Assembly (NCBI GenBank): GCA_965205425.1
Contig: CBDBGZ010000009.1
Coordinates: 832,001 to 896,000, forward strand
Source of the DNA: Nitrosopumilus sp.
GTDB lineage: Archaea; Thermoproteota; Nitrososphaeria; Nitrososphaerales; Nitrosopumilaceae
Length of the DNA: 64,000 bases
Direction: 5' to 3'
Shown: piece after piece, positions 1 to 9,543 of the stretch
Numbering within the stretch: position 1 is the first letter of the stretch
Layout: every line of letters starts with the position of its first letter
Notes under the pieces: generated by a model
What the model was told of the DNA's origin: nothing
What the model saw: only the letters and a program-made list of their open reading frames with translations
The model's database searches: none
Made by a program: the position numbers and the translations under genes

Positions 1-95
1 TACCCTTCTAGAGATTTACCCAACAGTTGCTGATCTCTGCATATAGCCGGTTTCAGAATAGGGCACGGCTGGCACCCTGATCCTACCTACTACCA
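1..95 (-). ncRNA. ffs: Archaeal SRP (7S) RNA, 5' Alu-domain part; continues beyond the window's left edge
   Basis: Minus strand reads GATC-AGGGTGCCAGCCGTGCCCT-ATT-CTGAAACCGGCTATATGCAG-A-GATC. This forms two hairpins with complementary loops (AGCCG/CGGCT) and resembles the archaeal SRP GAAACCGCCGAUAUGC motif. Confidence 0.8.
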
Positions 96-125
96 TTTTT
101 CCTAAGAAAGTATGTTATATTTGCA

Positions 126-1040
126 TTAGGTTTGATTTTCTTTTAGTTTTAAAACTACACTACACACTGAGCATACTTTTCCTGTACAATCATTTCCACA
201 TTTTTCACATTTTGTTTTTTCTTTAGTGTTTGAATTCTTTACAACTTGAGACACTTTGAGAATTGATTGATACAAGTTATTTTTTATTCCACTATGTTGA
301 TTTTCTATTGAATTCAAAAATTCTCTAATCTCTGTTCTAATTCCTTCATTCATGTGAGGACATGGTTCTGATTGAAATGGGATGTCATTTGTAAATGCAT
401 AAAAAACTATTTCAGATTCATAGATCTCACAAAACGGTTTTATTTTTCTTAAATCATTCATAGAAGTATCAGGATCCATCCATCCAATCTTAGTTGTATC
501 TCCTGAAAGCATGTTAATGACAAATGTTTGTAATGTATCATCTAGATTGTGACCAGTTGCAATTACATTAGCACCTATATCTTTGGCTGCATAATCTATT
601 GCCCTTCTTCTTAATGTTCCACAAATTGAACATGATGAAGTTTTTTCATTTTCTCTCAAATCTAATGCTTCATCAAGGGTTAATTCAAAAAGATCCTTGT
701 AAGAATAAACTTTATGTTCTACGTTAAGCTCTTTACAAAACTTTTCAACAATTTCTAATGCCTCATTTCTATACCCTGGGATGCCTTCATCGATAGTAAT
801 TGCTTTAATTCTAAAACTGTGAGTTAATGCCATTTCATTAATAATTTTTAATAATGCCAGAGAATCTTTTCCTCCAGAAACTGCAACAGCTACTAACTCA
901 TCATGTTTAATCATGTTATATTTTGAAATAGTCTTTGCAGTTTTTCTTACAATGGATCTTGAGAAACATTGTGAACAAAGCTTTTCACCTGAATATTTTC
1001 TAGTATATGCTGCAGGATTTTCACATCTGTCACAATTCAT
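126..1040 (-). CDS. tRNA 2-thiolation protein (NcsA/TtuA/Ctu1, TIGR00269 family)
   Basis: PP-loop SGGKDS, CSICG, TGHNLDD, and N- and C-terminal CxxC zinc fingers. Confidence 0.9.
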   Translation of the reverse strand: MNCDRCENPAAYTRKYSGEKLCSQCFSRSIVRKTAKTISKYNMIKHDELVAVAVSGGKDSLALLKIINEMALTHSFRIKAITIDEGIPGYRNEALEIVEKFCKELNVEHKVYSYKDLFELTLDEALDLRENEKTSSCSICGTLRRRAIDYAAKDIGANVIATGHNLDDTLQTFVINMLSGDTTKIGWMDPDTSMNDLRKIKPFCEIYESEIVFYAFTNDIPFQSEPCPHMNEGIRTEIREFLNSIENQHSGIKNNLYQSILKVSQVVKNSNTKEKTKCEKCGNDCTGKVCSVCSVVLKLKENQT

Positions 1041-1084
1041 GAAATTATCTTGTTTTTTTCATTAATGATTCTTTAGGTATTTTT

Positions 1085-2305
1085 TTAGATTGTGAACCAT
1101 CCTGATTTCCAGTATGATAAGGCAATATTGAGACCAAACAACGCAAAGGTGAATGCGTATATTCCCCACATTACTGTATTGACAGATTTATCTGAAATCC
1201 TTTTGTCAATAATTGTATGAATGAATTTCCCACCATCTAAGATTGGTAAAGGAAGCATATTGATTATACCAATGAAAAATGAAATCATCCAAAGCCACAA
1301 CAAAAACATTGAGATGTTAAAATCTATGTTTGTCCAATCAATAAAATTCATTACAGGTTTGTATGGAATTGAATTATCTCTCATAATTCCTATTAATCCT
1401 CTGTTAGGATCATTTGGATCAGCCATTACTTCTAATCCAAATTCTAATGCTTGACCATCTCTAATCACAGAAACACTAGCTGTTTCTCCAGGATTTAAGA
1501 TGGGGAAATCCGCCGGACCACGAATCGGTACATCATTAATCGTAGTAATAATGTCATTCGCAAGCAATCCTGCTTGTTCAGCTCCTGAATTTTCTATAAT
1601 TGAAAGTATCAAAACACCTTTTGATAATTCATAAAATGTGTTCAATATGGGTTCACCAAATAGTGGAATACTTTCTAAAACCATTCCAAAAATTGGATTT
1701 GTTAGCATAATGGCACCTAACACAATTGCAAATAATACATTCGATGTAGCGCCTGCCCCGATCACTCTTAATTTTGAAATCTTTTTAGCTTTATCAAATT
1801 CCTCTTCATCTGGTTCTACAAATCCTGCAAATAATGCAATGAATACTGCAAATCCACCAGTTTTAATTTTTATTTTTTCTAATGCAGCAACTATACCATG
1901 TGCTCCTTCATGCATAACTAGTACGATTGGAATTGAAAGTAGAAAATATGCAATAGCTGGTGCTGAAGTTAATGTAACTCCTGGAATTAAGACTGTTAAT
2001 TGTGAAAATGCCTCTTCTTCTACAAAAAAGTTTGAAACATTATTTATTAAAAAGTAAAATGCAAATCCCATCATAATAAAACCTGCAATTACACTTACAT
2101 CTGCAAAAACTCTGATGCCTCTTTTTGTTCGTCCAAGTAATTTGATTAATACATCATTAACACCTTTATTCTTGTATACGAGGCTATACGCCTTTAATTC
2201 AAAACCATATTTTTCTAATTTGAGAGCTTTTGCAATTACTATAATGACTACCCAAGCCATTAAGACATAGATTATTGCATTCTGAGTAATAAAATCAAGT
2301 TCCAA
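1085..2305 (-). CDS. Site-2 protease (M50 family) with PDZ domain; likely TTG start at 2305
   Basis: HEGAH zinc motif, NMLPLPILDGG motif, PDZ-like insert, several TM segments. Confidence 0.9.
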   Translation of the reverse strand: MELDFITQNAIIYVLMAWVVIIVIAKALKLEKYGFELKAYSLVYKNKGVNDVLIKLLGRTKRGIRVFADVSVIAGFIMMGFAFYFLINNVSNFFVEEEAFSQLTVLIPGVTLTSAPAIAYFLLSIPIVLVMHEGAHGIVAALEKIKIKTGGFAVFIALFAGFVEPDEEEFDKAKKISKLRVIGAGATSNVLFAIVLGAIMLTNPIFGMVLESIPLFGEPILNTFYELSKGVLILSIIENSGAEQAGLLANDIITTINDVPIRGPADFPILNPGETASVSVIRDGQALEFGLEVMADPNDPNRGLIGIMRDNSIPYKPVMNFIDWTNIDFNISMFLLWLWMISFFIGIINMLPLPILDGGKFIHTIIDKRISDKSVNTVMWGIYAFTFALFGLNIALSYWKSGWFTI

Positions 2306-2348
2306 ACTAGTTGTTAATTTTTTAAAGTACGGACATTTATCGTTTACT

Positions 2349-2660
2349 ATGAAACCAGTAATAATTATCTCCACATACCCTAACAAAAAATCAATTTCTA
2401 AAATTGCAAGCGAGCTTGTAAAAAATAAGACAATTGCATGTGTAAATATTTCTAAAATTTCTTCAATTTACTCTTGGAAAGGAAAAATTGAAAATTCTTC
2501 AGAATACATTGCTATTTTCAAAACTATTACTAAAAATAAGACAACACTGAAAAAGAAAATCAAAGAAACTCATCCATATGATGTTCCTGAAATAGCTGAA
2601 ATTGATGTCAAATCAATTAACAAATCTTATCTAAAATGGTTAGTTGATTCAACCAACTAA
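2349..2660 (+). CDS. cutA: Divalent-cation tolerance protein CutA
   Basis: IACVNI..SIYSWKG and HPYDVPEI motifs. Confidence 0.92.
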   Translation: MKPVIIISTYPNKKSISKIASELVKNKTIACVNISKISSIYSWKGKIENSSEYIAIFKTITKNKTTLKKKIKETHPYDVPEIAEIDVKSINKSYLKWLVDSTN

Positions 2661-3709
2661 GATTCTACTGCATATCGTAACAAAGAAACAATTCCACCTA
2701 AACCTGATACTCTGAGACCAATATCTGTTGATGAATCAACACTGTAAATTTTCACTCCCTTGTTTTCTGCATCATTTAGAAAGTCCATCATTTCTTGTTC
2801 ATTATTATTTTGAATCACTTTATCTGAAAATACTAGTGATTCAACTGCTCCCATTTGATTTGCGTTAAATGTTTCATCATATCCCATAGTGAATTTTCTA
2901 CTTGTTTTGTTTGCTAGAATCATCACTTCATCAATTATTGATGAGGCTTTAGCTAGTTTACTATCTGACATTATTTCTTGCATGGATTGAGATTTTGTGA
3001 ACGTGTATATTCCATCTTCACCCCCAGAATCTATCCCTTCTACAACTTGAATCTTGTATTTTTGAAGTTTCTGTGATTTTTCAATAAAATTTGCAAATCT
3101 TTTTTTTGTTTCACCAGGACCAAAAATTACTATAGTATCTCCTTCTTTGAAAATTGTTGATATTGCTTGTTGAACTTGTTCAAAGAATTTTTCAATATTA
3201 AAATTAGTCTTGTATCTCTTTCCTCCAGAACCTGAATACATATTTGGCATAAATTCTAAATGGGTACCTCTTAATCTTGCAATCCCACTGTCACTTGTGT
3301 CAATTGCAACTAGAACAAAGCTTACTTGATTATTACTTGATCTTAAAAGTTTTTTTTCAATTGGTAGCCATTTTTTCTTTGAAATTGTAATTCCATCATT
3401 TAGTTTTAGAATAAAAGAATGATGTGATCCATGTGGTACTGATTCATTACTTGATTCAGATATTGTACCTCCAACTCTTAATCTGTCTAAAACATCATCA
3501 AGTGAAATTTTTTCTACTGTTAAAGCAATTCTAACTTTAATTCTTTCTCCTTTATCTGGTCTTGAATAATCTTTATCTTGTTTTAGAACTCTTGTTGTAT
3601 CTCCAATCACTTTATCATTTTCTTTAATTATTCGACGTAAATTCAAAAGATCTTCTGAATCTTCAGGAATCACCGAAATTGAATTTTCATCTATTTCTTT
3701 TGTGATCAT
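2657..3709 (-). CDS. pelA: mRNA surveillance protein pelota (Dom34)
   Basis: PEDSEDLLNL N-terminus, GPGETK, C-terminal LGGIVSLLRY (eRF1-like domains). Confidence 0.92.
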   Translation of the reverse strand: MITKEIDENSISVIPEDSEDLLNLRRIIKENDKVIGDTTRVLKQDKDYSRPDKGERIKVRIALTVEKISLDDVLDRLRVGGTISESSNESVPHGSHHSFILKLNDGITISKKKWLPIEKKLLRSSNNQVSFVLVAIDTSDSGIARLRGTHLEFMPNMYSGSGGKRYKTNFNIEKFFEQVQQAISTIFKEGDTIVIFGPGETKKRFANFIEKSQKLQKYKIQVVEGIDSGGEDGIYTFTKSQSMQEIMSDSKLAKASSIIDEVMILANKTSRKFTMGYDETFNANQMGAVESLVFSDKVIQNNNEQEMMDFLNDAENKGVKIYSVDSSTDIGLRVSGLGGIVSLLRYAVES

Positions 3710-3741
3710 GATATTGTACTATTTTAGAAAAAGAAAATAGT

Positions 3742-4158
3742 TTAACTTGTTGGTTCTTCTGTTTTTGTTTCTTCAGATTTCTTTTTTAGATAATTTTCAA
3801 CCCATTCTATAGTAAGAACACCTGATTCAGATAGATTTGTAAGAGAATTAGCTGATGCATCTCCAGACACTTTACCATTGTTTCTTTTTATCTGTCTCCA
3901 CTTCAAAGATGTATTTCCACTTTTTGAATTATAGATTATACCTAAAACATCTTTTCCATTAACAAATGTGATATCTCTAATTTTTTTTAGTGTAACTTTA
4001 TCAGCTGCTTCTACATAGATTGCCCCTAGACTATCTTCCCTTTCTGCAAAAACCTCTGAATCTTCCAAATATGCTCTTGGTGCATAAGACATGCATGTGC
4101 TAGTAATTACAAATCTTCTGAAACTTTCCAATGAGGCAGGAGTGTCTATTGAAACCAT
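3742..4158 (-). CDS. Hypothetical protein (likely start MVSIDTP at 4158)
   Basis: ORF with normal composition; the longer ORF's start would overlap the sRNA region. Confidence 0.6.
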   Translation of the reverse strand: MVSIDTPASLESFRRFVITSTCMSYAPRAYLEDSEVFAEREDSLGAIYVEAADKVTLKKIRDITFVNGKDVLGIIYNSKSGNTSLKWRQIKRNNGKVSGDASANSLTNLSESGVLTIEWVENYLKKKSEETKTEEPTS

Positions 4159-4232
4159 TTGGAATGATTGAACAATTGGCCATTTATCAAGCTTCTTGAA
4201 AGACTCAATAGGAAACTGATTGAAATATGGCT

Positions 4233-4294
4233 TGCAGGCCATGATGTACCTATCCCTTTGATTGATGATGAGGATCTTGAGTTCTGAGCCTGCA
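4233..4294 (+). ncRNA. Box C/D guide sRNA; D guide complementary to a tRNA-Leu(CAA) anticodon loop
   Basis: Terminal stem TGCAGGC/GCCTGCA, C box ATGATGT, D' TTGA, C' TGATGA, D box CTGA (4284-4287), guide GGATCTTGAG. Confidence 0.7.
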
Positions 4295-4329
4295 TTAGGA
4301 TTTTAATTAATGATAATAATTATCAAAAT

Positions 4330-4749
4330 ATGAAATCCCTGACTGAATACTTGACTTTTAAAGTTAAAACCAGAAGAGCCTTTGTTAACATTACATCTGA
4401 TGTAAGAAACCTAGTAACAAAAAGCAAAATCCAAGAAGGTCTTTGTCTTGTCAATGCAATGCATATCACTGCAAGTATTTTCATTAATGATAATGAAGAT
4501 GGATTACTTGACGATTATGAAAAATGGTTAGAAGGATTAGCTCCACATGCACCAACATCACAATATGATCATAACGAAACTGGTGAGGATAATGCAGATG
4601 CACATCTAAAACGACAAGTAATGGGAAGAGAAGTTGTTGTTGCTATTACTAAAGGTGAATTAGATTTTGGACCCTGGGAAGAAATTTTCTATGGAGAATT
4701 TGACGGAAAAAGATCAAAAAGAGTTTTAGTTAAAATTATTGGCGAATAA
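4330..4749 (+). CDS. YjbQ/UPF0047 family protein
   Basis: [28 protein letters not shown] motifs. Confidence 0.9.
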   Translation: MKSLTEYLTFKVKTRRAFVNITSDVRNLVTKSKIQEGLCLVNAMHITASIFINDNEDGLLDDYEKWLEGLAPHAPTSQYDHNETGEDNADAHLKRQVMGREVVVAITKGELDFGPWEEIFYGEFDGKRSKRVLVKIIGE

Positions 4750-4914
4750 TTATCCAAAGTCTGCATCACGTTTTTGACTTTGTGATTCATTCTTTCTTGC
4801 TGCATCTCTGAATTCATCATTGTGATTTTGAGGACCATGTCCACATTTTACACATGCAATTTTGAATCCATCTTCATTTTTTTCATAAGTTTCACAGCCA
4901 CAGAAACATGCCAT
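4750..4914 (-). CDS. Small Cys/His-rich protein, 54 aa (MACFCGCETYEKNEDGFKIACVKCGHGPQNH...), below the ORF track cut-off
   Basis: Translated by hand: ATG at 4914, TAA at 4750-4752; CxCGC...CxxCGH..H zinc-binding pattern. Confidence 0.7.
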   Translation of the reverse strand: MACFCGCETYEKNEDGFKIACVKCGHGPQNHNDEFRDAARKNESQSQKRDADFG

Positions 4915-4962
4915 GATTGAATATAATTTCTAAGATGATATATCTTTTGGGTTATAATTCTA

Positions 4963-5418
4963 CTAAACAGATCTACAACATTCGCCCATTGGAATTTCGT
5001 GATCATGTGGACATTTTCTTGGGTGTTTTAGCATTACACATAGAGCATCTGTAAATTGTTTATTCATATGATGTTCAATACCACAAACCATTTCTTCATC
5101 AATTGCTACTTTGAGTGCACTATCCATAAGAACTTCTAACAATCTGCTGTTTCTCATCATACTTGCGCCTATTCTTTCACCATCTTCAGTTAGTCTTACT
5201 CCTGCTTTATTGTAATTTACAAGATTTTTCAAATTTAGTTTTTTGAGCATTTGCACAACACTTGGTTGTCTCACGTTGAGCATTTTTGCAATGGTGCTAA
5301 TTTTAACATCTTCTCCTCTTTCTTTTATGTGCCAAATTGCTTTGAGATACATCTCTACATGTTCTGCTTCTGCGGTACCTACAAAGAGAGTCTCTTCATC
5401 ATCATTTAATGGGTCCAT
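4963..5418 (-). CDS. DtxR/MntR family metal-dependent regulator
   Basis: EMYLKAI, IAKMLNVRQPSVVQMLKKL HTH, CGIEH, CPHDHEIP. Confidence 0.9.
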   Translation of the reverse strand: MDPLNDDEETLFVGTAEAEHVEMYLKAIWHIKERGEDVKISTIAKMLNVRQPSVVQMLKKLNLKNLVNYNKAGVRLTEDGERIGASMMRNSRLLEVLMDSALKVAIDEEMVCGIEHHMNKQFTDALCVMLKHPRKCPHDHEIPMGECCRSV

Positions 5419-5419
5419 A

Positions 5420-6187
5420 CTATACCTTCTTGGAATCTTTTAATAAATATTCAAAGTATTGACGTGCAAATCCTGCTAATCCTGCATGATCTGCCCATAT
5501 TGCTACTACTTCTGAAGAATTCACACCTCCAATTTCTGGTCCTAATAGAATCACCACATATCTTTTATCAGAAATTATACCTCCCCCAAACAATCCTTTC
5601 TTGATAGTTACTTTGGCAACTCTTTTGATTGCCTTGATTGATTCTTTATCCATTTTATCTGATGTAAGAATTGTAATATCTACTCCTTTATCATGAAGAG
5701 ATCTTAATTTTGGTAATGCTTGTTTTACAAGTTCGACTCCTGCTTCAGGTAATGCAATCATTACTTCATTTCTACAAGTCTCTACCATCTCTAAAATTTT
5801 AGCTGCAATATTTACTGCTCCAGATAATACCCAAATGTCTGGTCTTTCACTAGTACCACTTTTTTCATATAGTGGAACTAATTCATTTAGAATTACATTT
5901 TGATTTAAAGAAAAATCAGTTTCCATTTTTTGTTTTGTAGTTTCTAAACCTGTAGATGGAGACTTTGCAAAATATTTTGTTGGTCTTGAATCATCTGAAC
6001 CAATCCATCCTTTTTCTTCTAGAGTTCCTAGAACTTCATAAATTTTTGAGTATGGTACTCCTGATTTTTGGCTAAGATCTGATGCTGTTAATTCTCCTGA
6101 TTTGAGCAAAGCTGAAAATGTTCTAATTTCATAACTTGTTAGACCAATTTTCTCTAATGCCTTTCTTGTTTTATCTGATATACTCAT
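5420..6187 (-). CDS. TrmB family transcriptional regulator
   Basis: GLTSYE...SGVPYSKIYEVLGTLEEKGW wHTH plus effector domain. Confidence 0.9.
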   Translation of the reverse strand: MSISDKTRKALEKIGLTSYEIRTFSALLKSGELTASDLSQKSGVPYSKIYEVLGTLEEKGWIGSDDSRPTKYFAKSPSTGLETTKQKMETDFSLNQNVILNELVPLYEKSGTSERPDIWVLSGAVNIAAKILEMVETCRNEVMIALPEAGVELVKQALPKLRSLHDKGVDITILTSDKMDKESIKAIKRVAKVTIKKGLFGGGIISDKRYVVILLGPEIGGVNSSEVVAIWADHAGLAGFARQYFEYLLKDSKKV

Positions 6188-6305
6188 CTGCGATCTTATC
6201 GATCAGTTTTGCTATTTAAATCAGATATGCCTACCTCCTAAATTCCACCCTAGGGCAAGTATGAAATGGATTATATACTATCTTGGAAAAATTCCCATTG
6301 TAGGC

Positions 6306-7970
6306 ATGGCACTAATTCAAATATCCAATCAATCAACCAAAAATTTAGGTAAAAAATCTACAATTAGATTCACTCAAAGTATTTGTCCAGATTGTAACAT
6401 GATTTTAGATGCTGAAGTCTTTGAGAGAGATAACCAAGTCTTCATGTCAAAAGTTTGTCCAACTCACGGTGAATGTGAGGAATTATACTTTGGTTCTTAT
6501 GAAATGTACAAGAAATTTAGTACATATTGGATGGATGGCAAAGGTGCTCATTCTCCAAATGTGATGATTGACAAATGTTCATGTCCAAATAATTGTGGAT
6601 TATGTTCAAACCACTTATCACATAGTGGGCTAGCAAACATGATTGTAACTAATAGATGTGATTTAACATGCTGGTACTGTTTCTTCTATGTTAAGAAAGG
6701 CCTTGAAGGTGCTTACATGTATGAGCCAGACCATACTCAAGTCAGAGGTATGATGAAAACTCTCCGAGCCGAGAGACCAATTCCAGGAAACTCTATGCAA
6801 ATTACTGGTGGTGAACCAATGCTTAGAGAAGATATTGCAGATGTAATCAAAATAATGAAAGAAGAAGGCGTTGATCACATTCAAATGAATACTAACGGTA
6901 TTAGACACGCAATGGATCCTGAAGCTGCAAGAGAAGTAAGACTTGCAGGATGTAACAACTTGTATCTTTCTTTTGATGGTGTAACTGCAAGAACAAACCC
7001 AAAGAATCACTGGGAAATCCCATATGCACTTGATAGTTGTAGAAAAACAGGTACTACAGTAGTATTTGTCCCAACAGTAATCAAATCAATTAACGACCAC
7101 GAACTAGGTGGAATTATCAGATATGCACAAAAGAATATGGATGTAGTTCATGCTGTAAACTTCCAACCAGTATCATTAACTGGAAGAATGGGTAAATCTG
7201 AACGTGAAAAATATAGAATTACAGTTCCAGATTGTGTTCAAAGAATTGAAGAACAAACAAACGGTGAAGTAACTGTTGATGATTGGTTCCCAGTTCCAAG
7301 TTGTATGCCACTAACAAATGTAATTGAAGCATTCTCAAGTAAACCAAAGTATGAATTATCAATTCACTTTGCTTGTGGTGCAGGAACATACATCTTTGAA
7401 GATGCAGATACAAAGAAATTTGTTCCATTAACAAAATTCTGTGACATTCAAGGAATGTTAGAACTCTTTGAAGATAAAGCAGAAGAAATTCGTTCTGGTA
7501 AAAACAAATACTTTACAATGCTTGAAGTTGTTAGAAAACTCAAAGGCTTTGTTGATACAAAGAAACAACCAGCAGGGTTAGATTTAGCAAAGATGTTTGG
7601 TAACATCTTGATGAAGAGATCATTTGATTCAGTTGGTTCATGGCACGTCAAGGGATTATTCCTTGGTATGATGCACTTCCAAGACAAATACAATGAAGAC
7701 CTTGAAAGATTACAAAGATGTGATATTCACTATGTAACTCCAGACCTTAGAATAGTTCCATTCTGTGCATTCAATGTAATTCCAGAATGGTATAGAGATA
7801 GAATCCAAAAGAAATATTCTATCACCGTAGAGGAATGGGAAGAACGAGAAGGCGTCAAACTAGAAGATGGCCTTTACAGAGGTCTTATGAGACGTGGTGC
7901 AGGTGATGAACTTGCTGCTGGCTGTGCAAAGAGTCAGATGTTCCATGACGCTTCTCAAGCAACTATGTAA
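6306..7970 (+). CDS. tes: Tetraether lipid synthase Tes (GDGT-MAS, radical SAM)
   Basis: N-terminal CxxC...CPTHG, CPNNCGLC, radical SAM CDLTCWYC, C-terminal RCDIHY...PFCAFN, matching the MJ0619/Tes architecture. Confidence 0.85.
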   Translation: MALIQISNQSTKNLGKKSTIRFTQSICPDCNMILDAEVFERDNQVFMSKVCPTHGECEELYFGSYEMYKKFSTYWMDGKGAHSPNVMIDKCSCPNNCGLCSNHLSHSGLANMIVTNRCDLTCWYCFFYVKKGLEGAYMYEPDHTQVRGMMKTLRAERPIPGNSMQITGGEPMLREDIADVIKIMKEEGVDHIQMNTNGIRHAMDPEAAREVRLAGCNNLYLSFDGVTARTNPKNHWEIPYALDSCRKTGTTVVFVPTVIKSINDHELGGIIRYAQKNMDVVHAVNFQPVSLTGRMGKSEREKYRITVPDCVQRIEEQTNGEVTVDDWFPVPSCMPLTNVIEAFSSKPKYELSIHFACGAGTYIFEDADTKKFVPLTKFCDIQGMLELFEDKAEEIRSGKNKYFTMLEVVRKLKGFVDTKKQPAGLDLAKMFGNILMKRSFDSVGSWHVKGLFLGMMHFQDKYNEDLERLQRCDIHYVTPDLRIVPFCAFNVIPEWYRDRIQKKYSITVEEWEEREGVKLEDGLYRGLMRRGAGDELAAGCAKSQMFHDASQATM

Positions 7971-7994
7971 AAGAATTAATTTTCTTCTTTAATT

Positions 7995-8375
7995 TTATTC
8001 ATTTTCAATTGATTTTAAAAATTTTCTAAGATCTTCAACTTCTTTTTTAGATGCTTTTCCTTCTAAAAGATCTAAAAGTATTCTAAAGTTTTTTGCCATT
8101 AATGGACTCTGTTTCATTGATTGTTCATGCTCAATTTTCATCTGAGTTTTTCTGTGCCAATTACCAATCAATATGGCAGCTGGAATGTATGCTACTAAAA
8201 ATATGATCACAAATATCCAAAGATTCGAAAAAACCTCGCCTAAGACATTAATTTCCTCAATTAACAATCTATAAAAAATTAAAACGAAATTCACAAATGA
8301 CATTGCAAAAACAAGATACATTCCATGACCTTGACGAAAATCATACCAACGCCTTCTAAACCATGTGTTATTCAC
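7995..8375 (-). CDS. Hypothetical membrane protein (2 TM)
   Basis: Two hydrophobic segments. Confidence 0.7.
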   Translation of the reverse strand: MNNTWFRRRWYDFRQGHGMYLVFAMSFVNFVLIFYRLLIEEINVLGEVFSNLWIFVIIFLVAYIPAAILIGNWHRKTQMKIEHEQSMKQSPLMAKNFRILLDLLEGKASKKEVEDLRKFLKSIENE

Positions 8376-8447
8376 AATTGTTAGTAAGTTAAAACAGAAT
8401 TAAGAACTAACTAGTTTAATTTTTTTAATTTCTAGATGATGTTGAAT

Positions 8448-9488
8448 CTATTTTCCCCCATTAACACTAAAACCACTCTCAATTTCATTAAAATGAACAA
8501 TTTTTAATTTTACATCTTTGAACCATTTTCTTACTTCTTTTTCTGAATGCCTGTATGCAAATTTTGGAAAATACCAATCATAATTTGTTGCTACACTTTG
8601 ATCAAATGGTACATCTGGAGACCACCAACACTTTAGAAAATTCCAATACAAAAATCTCTGAACATCATATGTTCCTGCTTTAATTTTGAGAATAGGGATA
8701 TCTTCAGCAATAGTAATTTTCTTTTTTAATTGAGAAACACTTTTTCCTAATAATGCCATACTTTTAGAAAATTCCATACATTGTTTTTCAGTCATTTTAA
8801 TTGTAGATTCTCTAATGTGGTCATCTGCAAATTCACGTAAAGGTCCTTTTTTTCTATAAACATAAATTGAAATCATACCTTTTTTTACCAATAATTTTGA
8901 GAGCATTTTGAATGAAGATTCTGTATCTTTGGTATGATGTAACACTTGATCAGAACAAACAAAGTCAAAGAAATTTTTCTTAAATGGCAGTTTTCTGATA
9001 TCAGCTTGTAAAAAATGAATGTTTTTTATTTTACCGTATTTTTTATAAGCAAATTCTATGCTTTCACTGGCATCTATTCCAAATACTTGAGCATTTGGAT
9101 TTGATGAAAATAATTTTGCACTGTTTCCAACTCCTGTTCCAGCATCAAGGATTTTCGAACGTGTTTTCAAAAAACTATTTAATTTTGAGACGGATTTCCA
9201 CCCGAATCTTTCCAAAAACCATTTTTTTTGGTTTTCTACCCATTTTTTATCATGATATGTTTTATTGAAGTTTCTCCATTTTGATGAAAATGCATCTCTC
9301 GTTTTTACAAAATCTTTCTGTTTATCTGAAACAAGACGAGGTATTCCTCTAATAATTGAAAAACTATGTTTTTTAGAACATGTTAAAACCCCTTCAATAA
9401 TTTCTGCATTTTGTTTTTTCTTTATTTTTAGTGAAAAATTAGTATGACATTCAGGACAAATAATCTGCTCTACTAGTTCTAATTTCAA
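8448..9488 (-). CDS. Class I SAM methyltransferase with N-terminal Trm112-like domain
   Basis: LVEQIICPEC...EGVLTC...IIRGIPRL N-terminus; ILDAGTGVG SAM motif. Confidence 0.8.
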   Translation of the reverse strand: MKLELVEQIICPECHTNFSLKIKKKQNAEIIEGVLTCSKKHSFSIIRGIPRLVSDKQKDFVKTRDAFSSKWRNFNKTYHDKKWVENQKKWFLERFGWKSVSKLNSFLKTRSKILDAGTGVGNSAKLFSSNPNAQVFGIDASESIEFAYKKYGKIKNIHFLQADIRKLPFKKNFFDFVCSDQVLHHTKDTESSFKMLSKLLVKKGMISIYVYRKKGPLREFADDHIRESTIKMTEKQCMEFSKSMALLGKSVSQLKKKITIAEDIPILKIKAGTYDVQRFLYWNFLKCWWSPDVPFDQSVATNYDWYFPKFAYRHSEKEVRKWFKDVKLKIVHFNEIESGFSVNGGK

Positions 9489-9543
9489 TAATTAGTGTGA
9501 TTTTTTGGGCAAATAAAAATTAGTTGTATTTGTTATGATATTT

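Noticed and set aside
1..95. 5S rRNA
   Set aside because: The structure and motifs fit the SRP Alu domain, not 5S.
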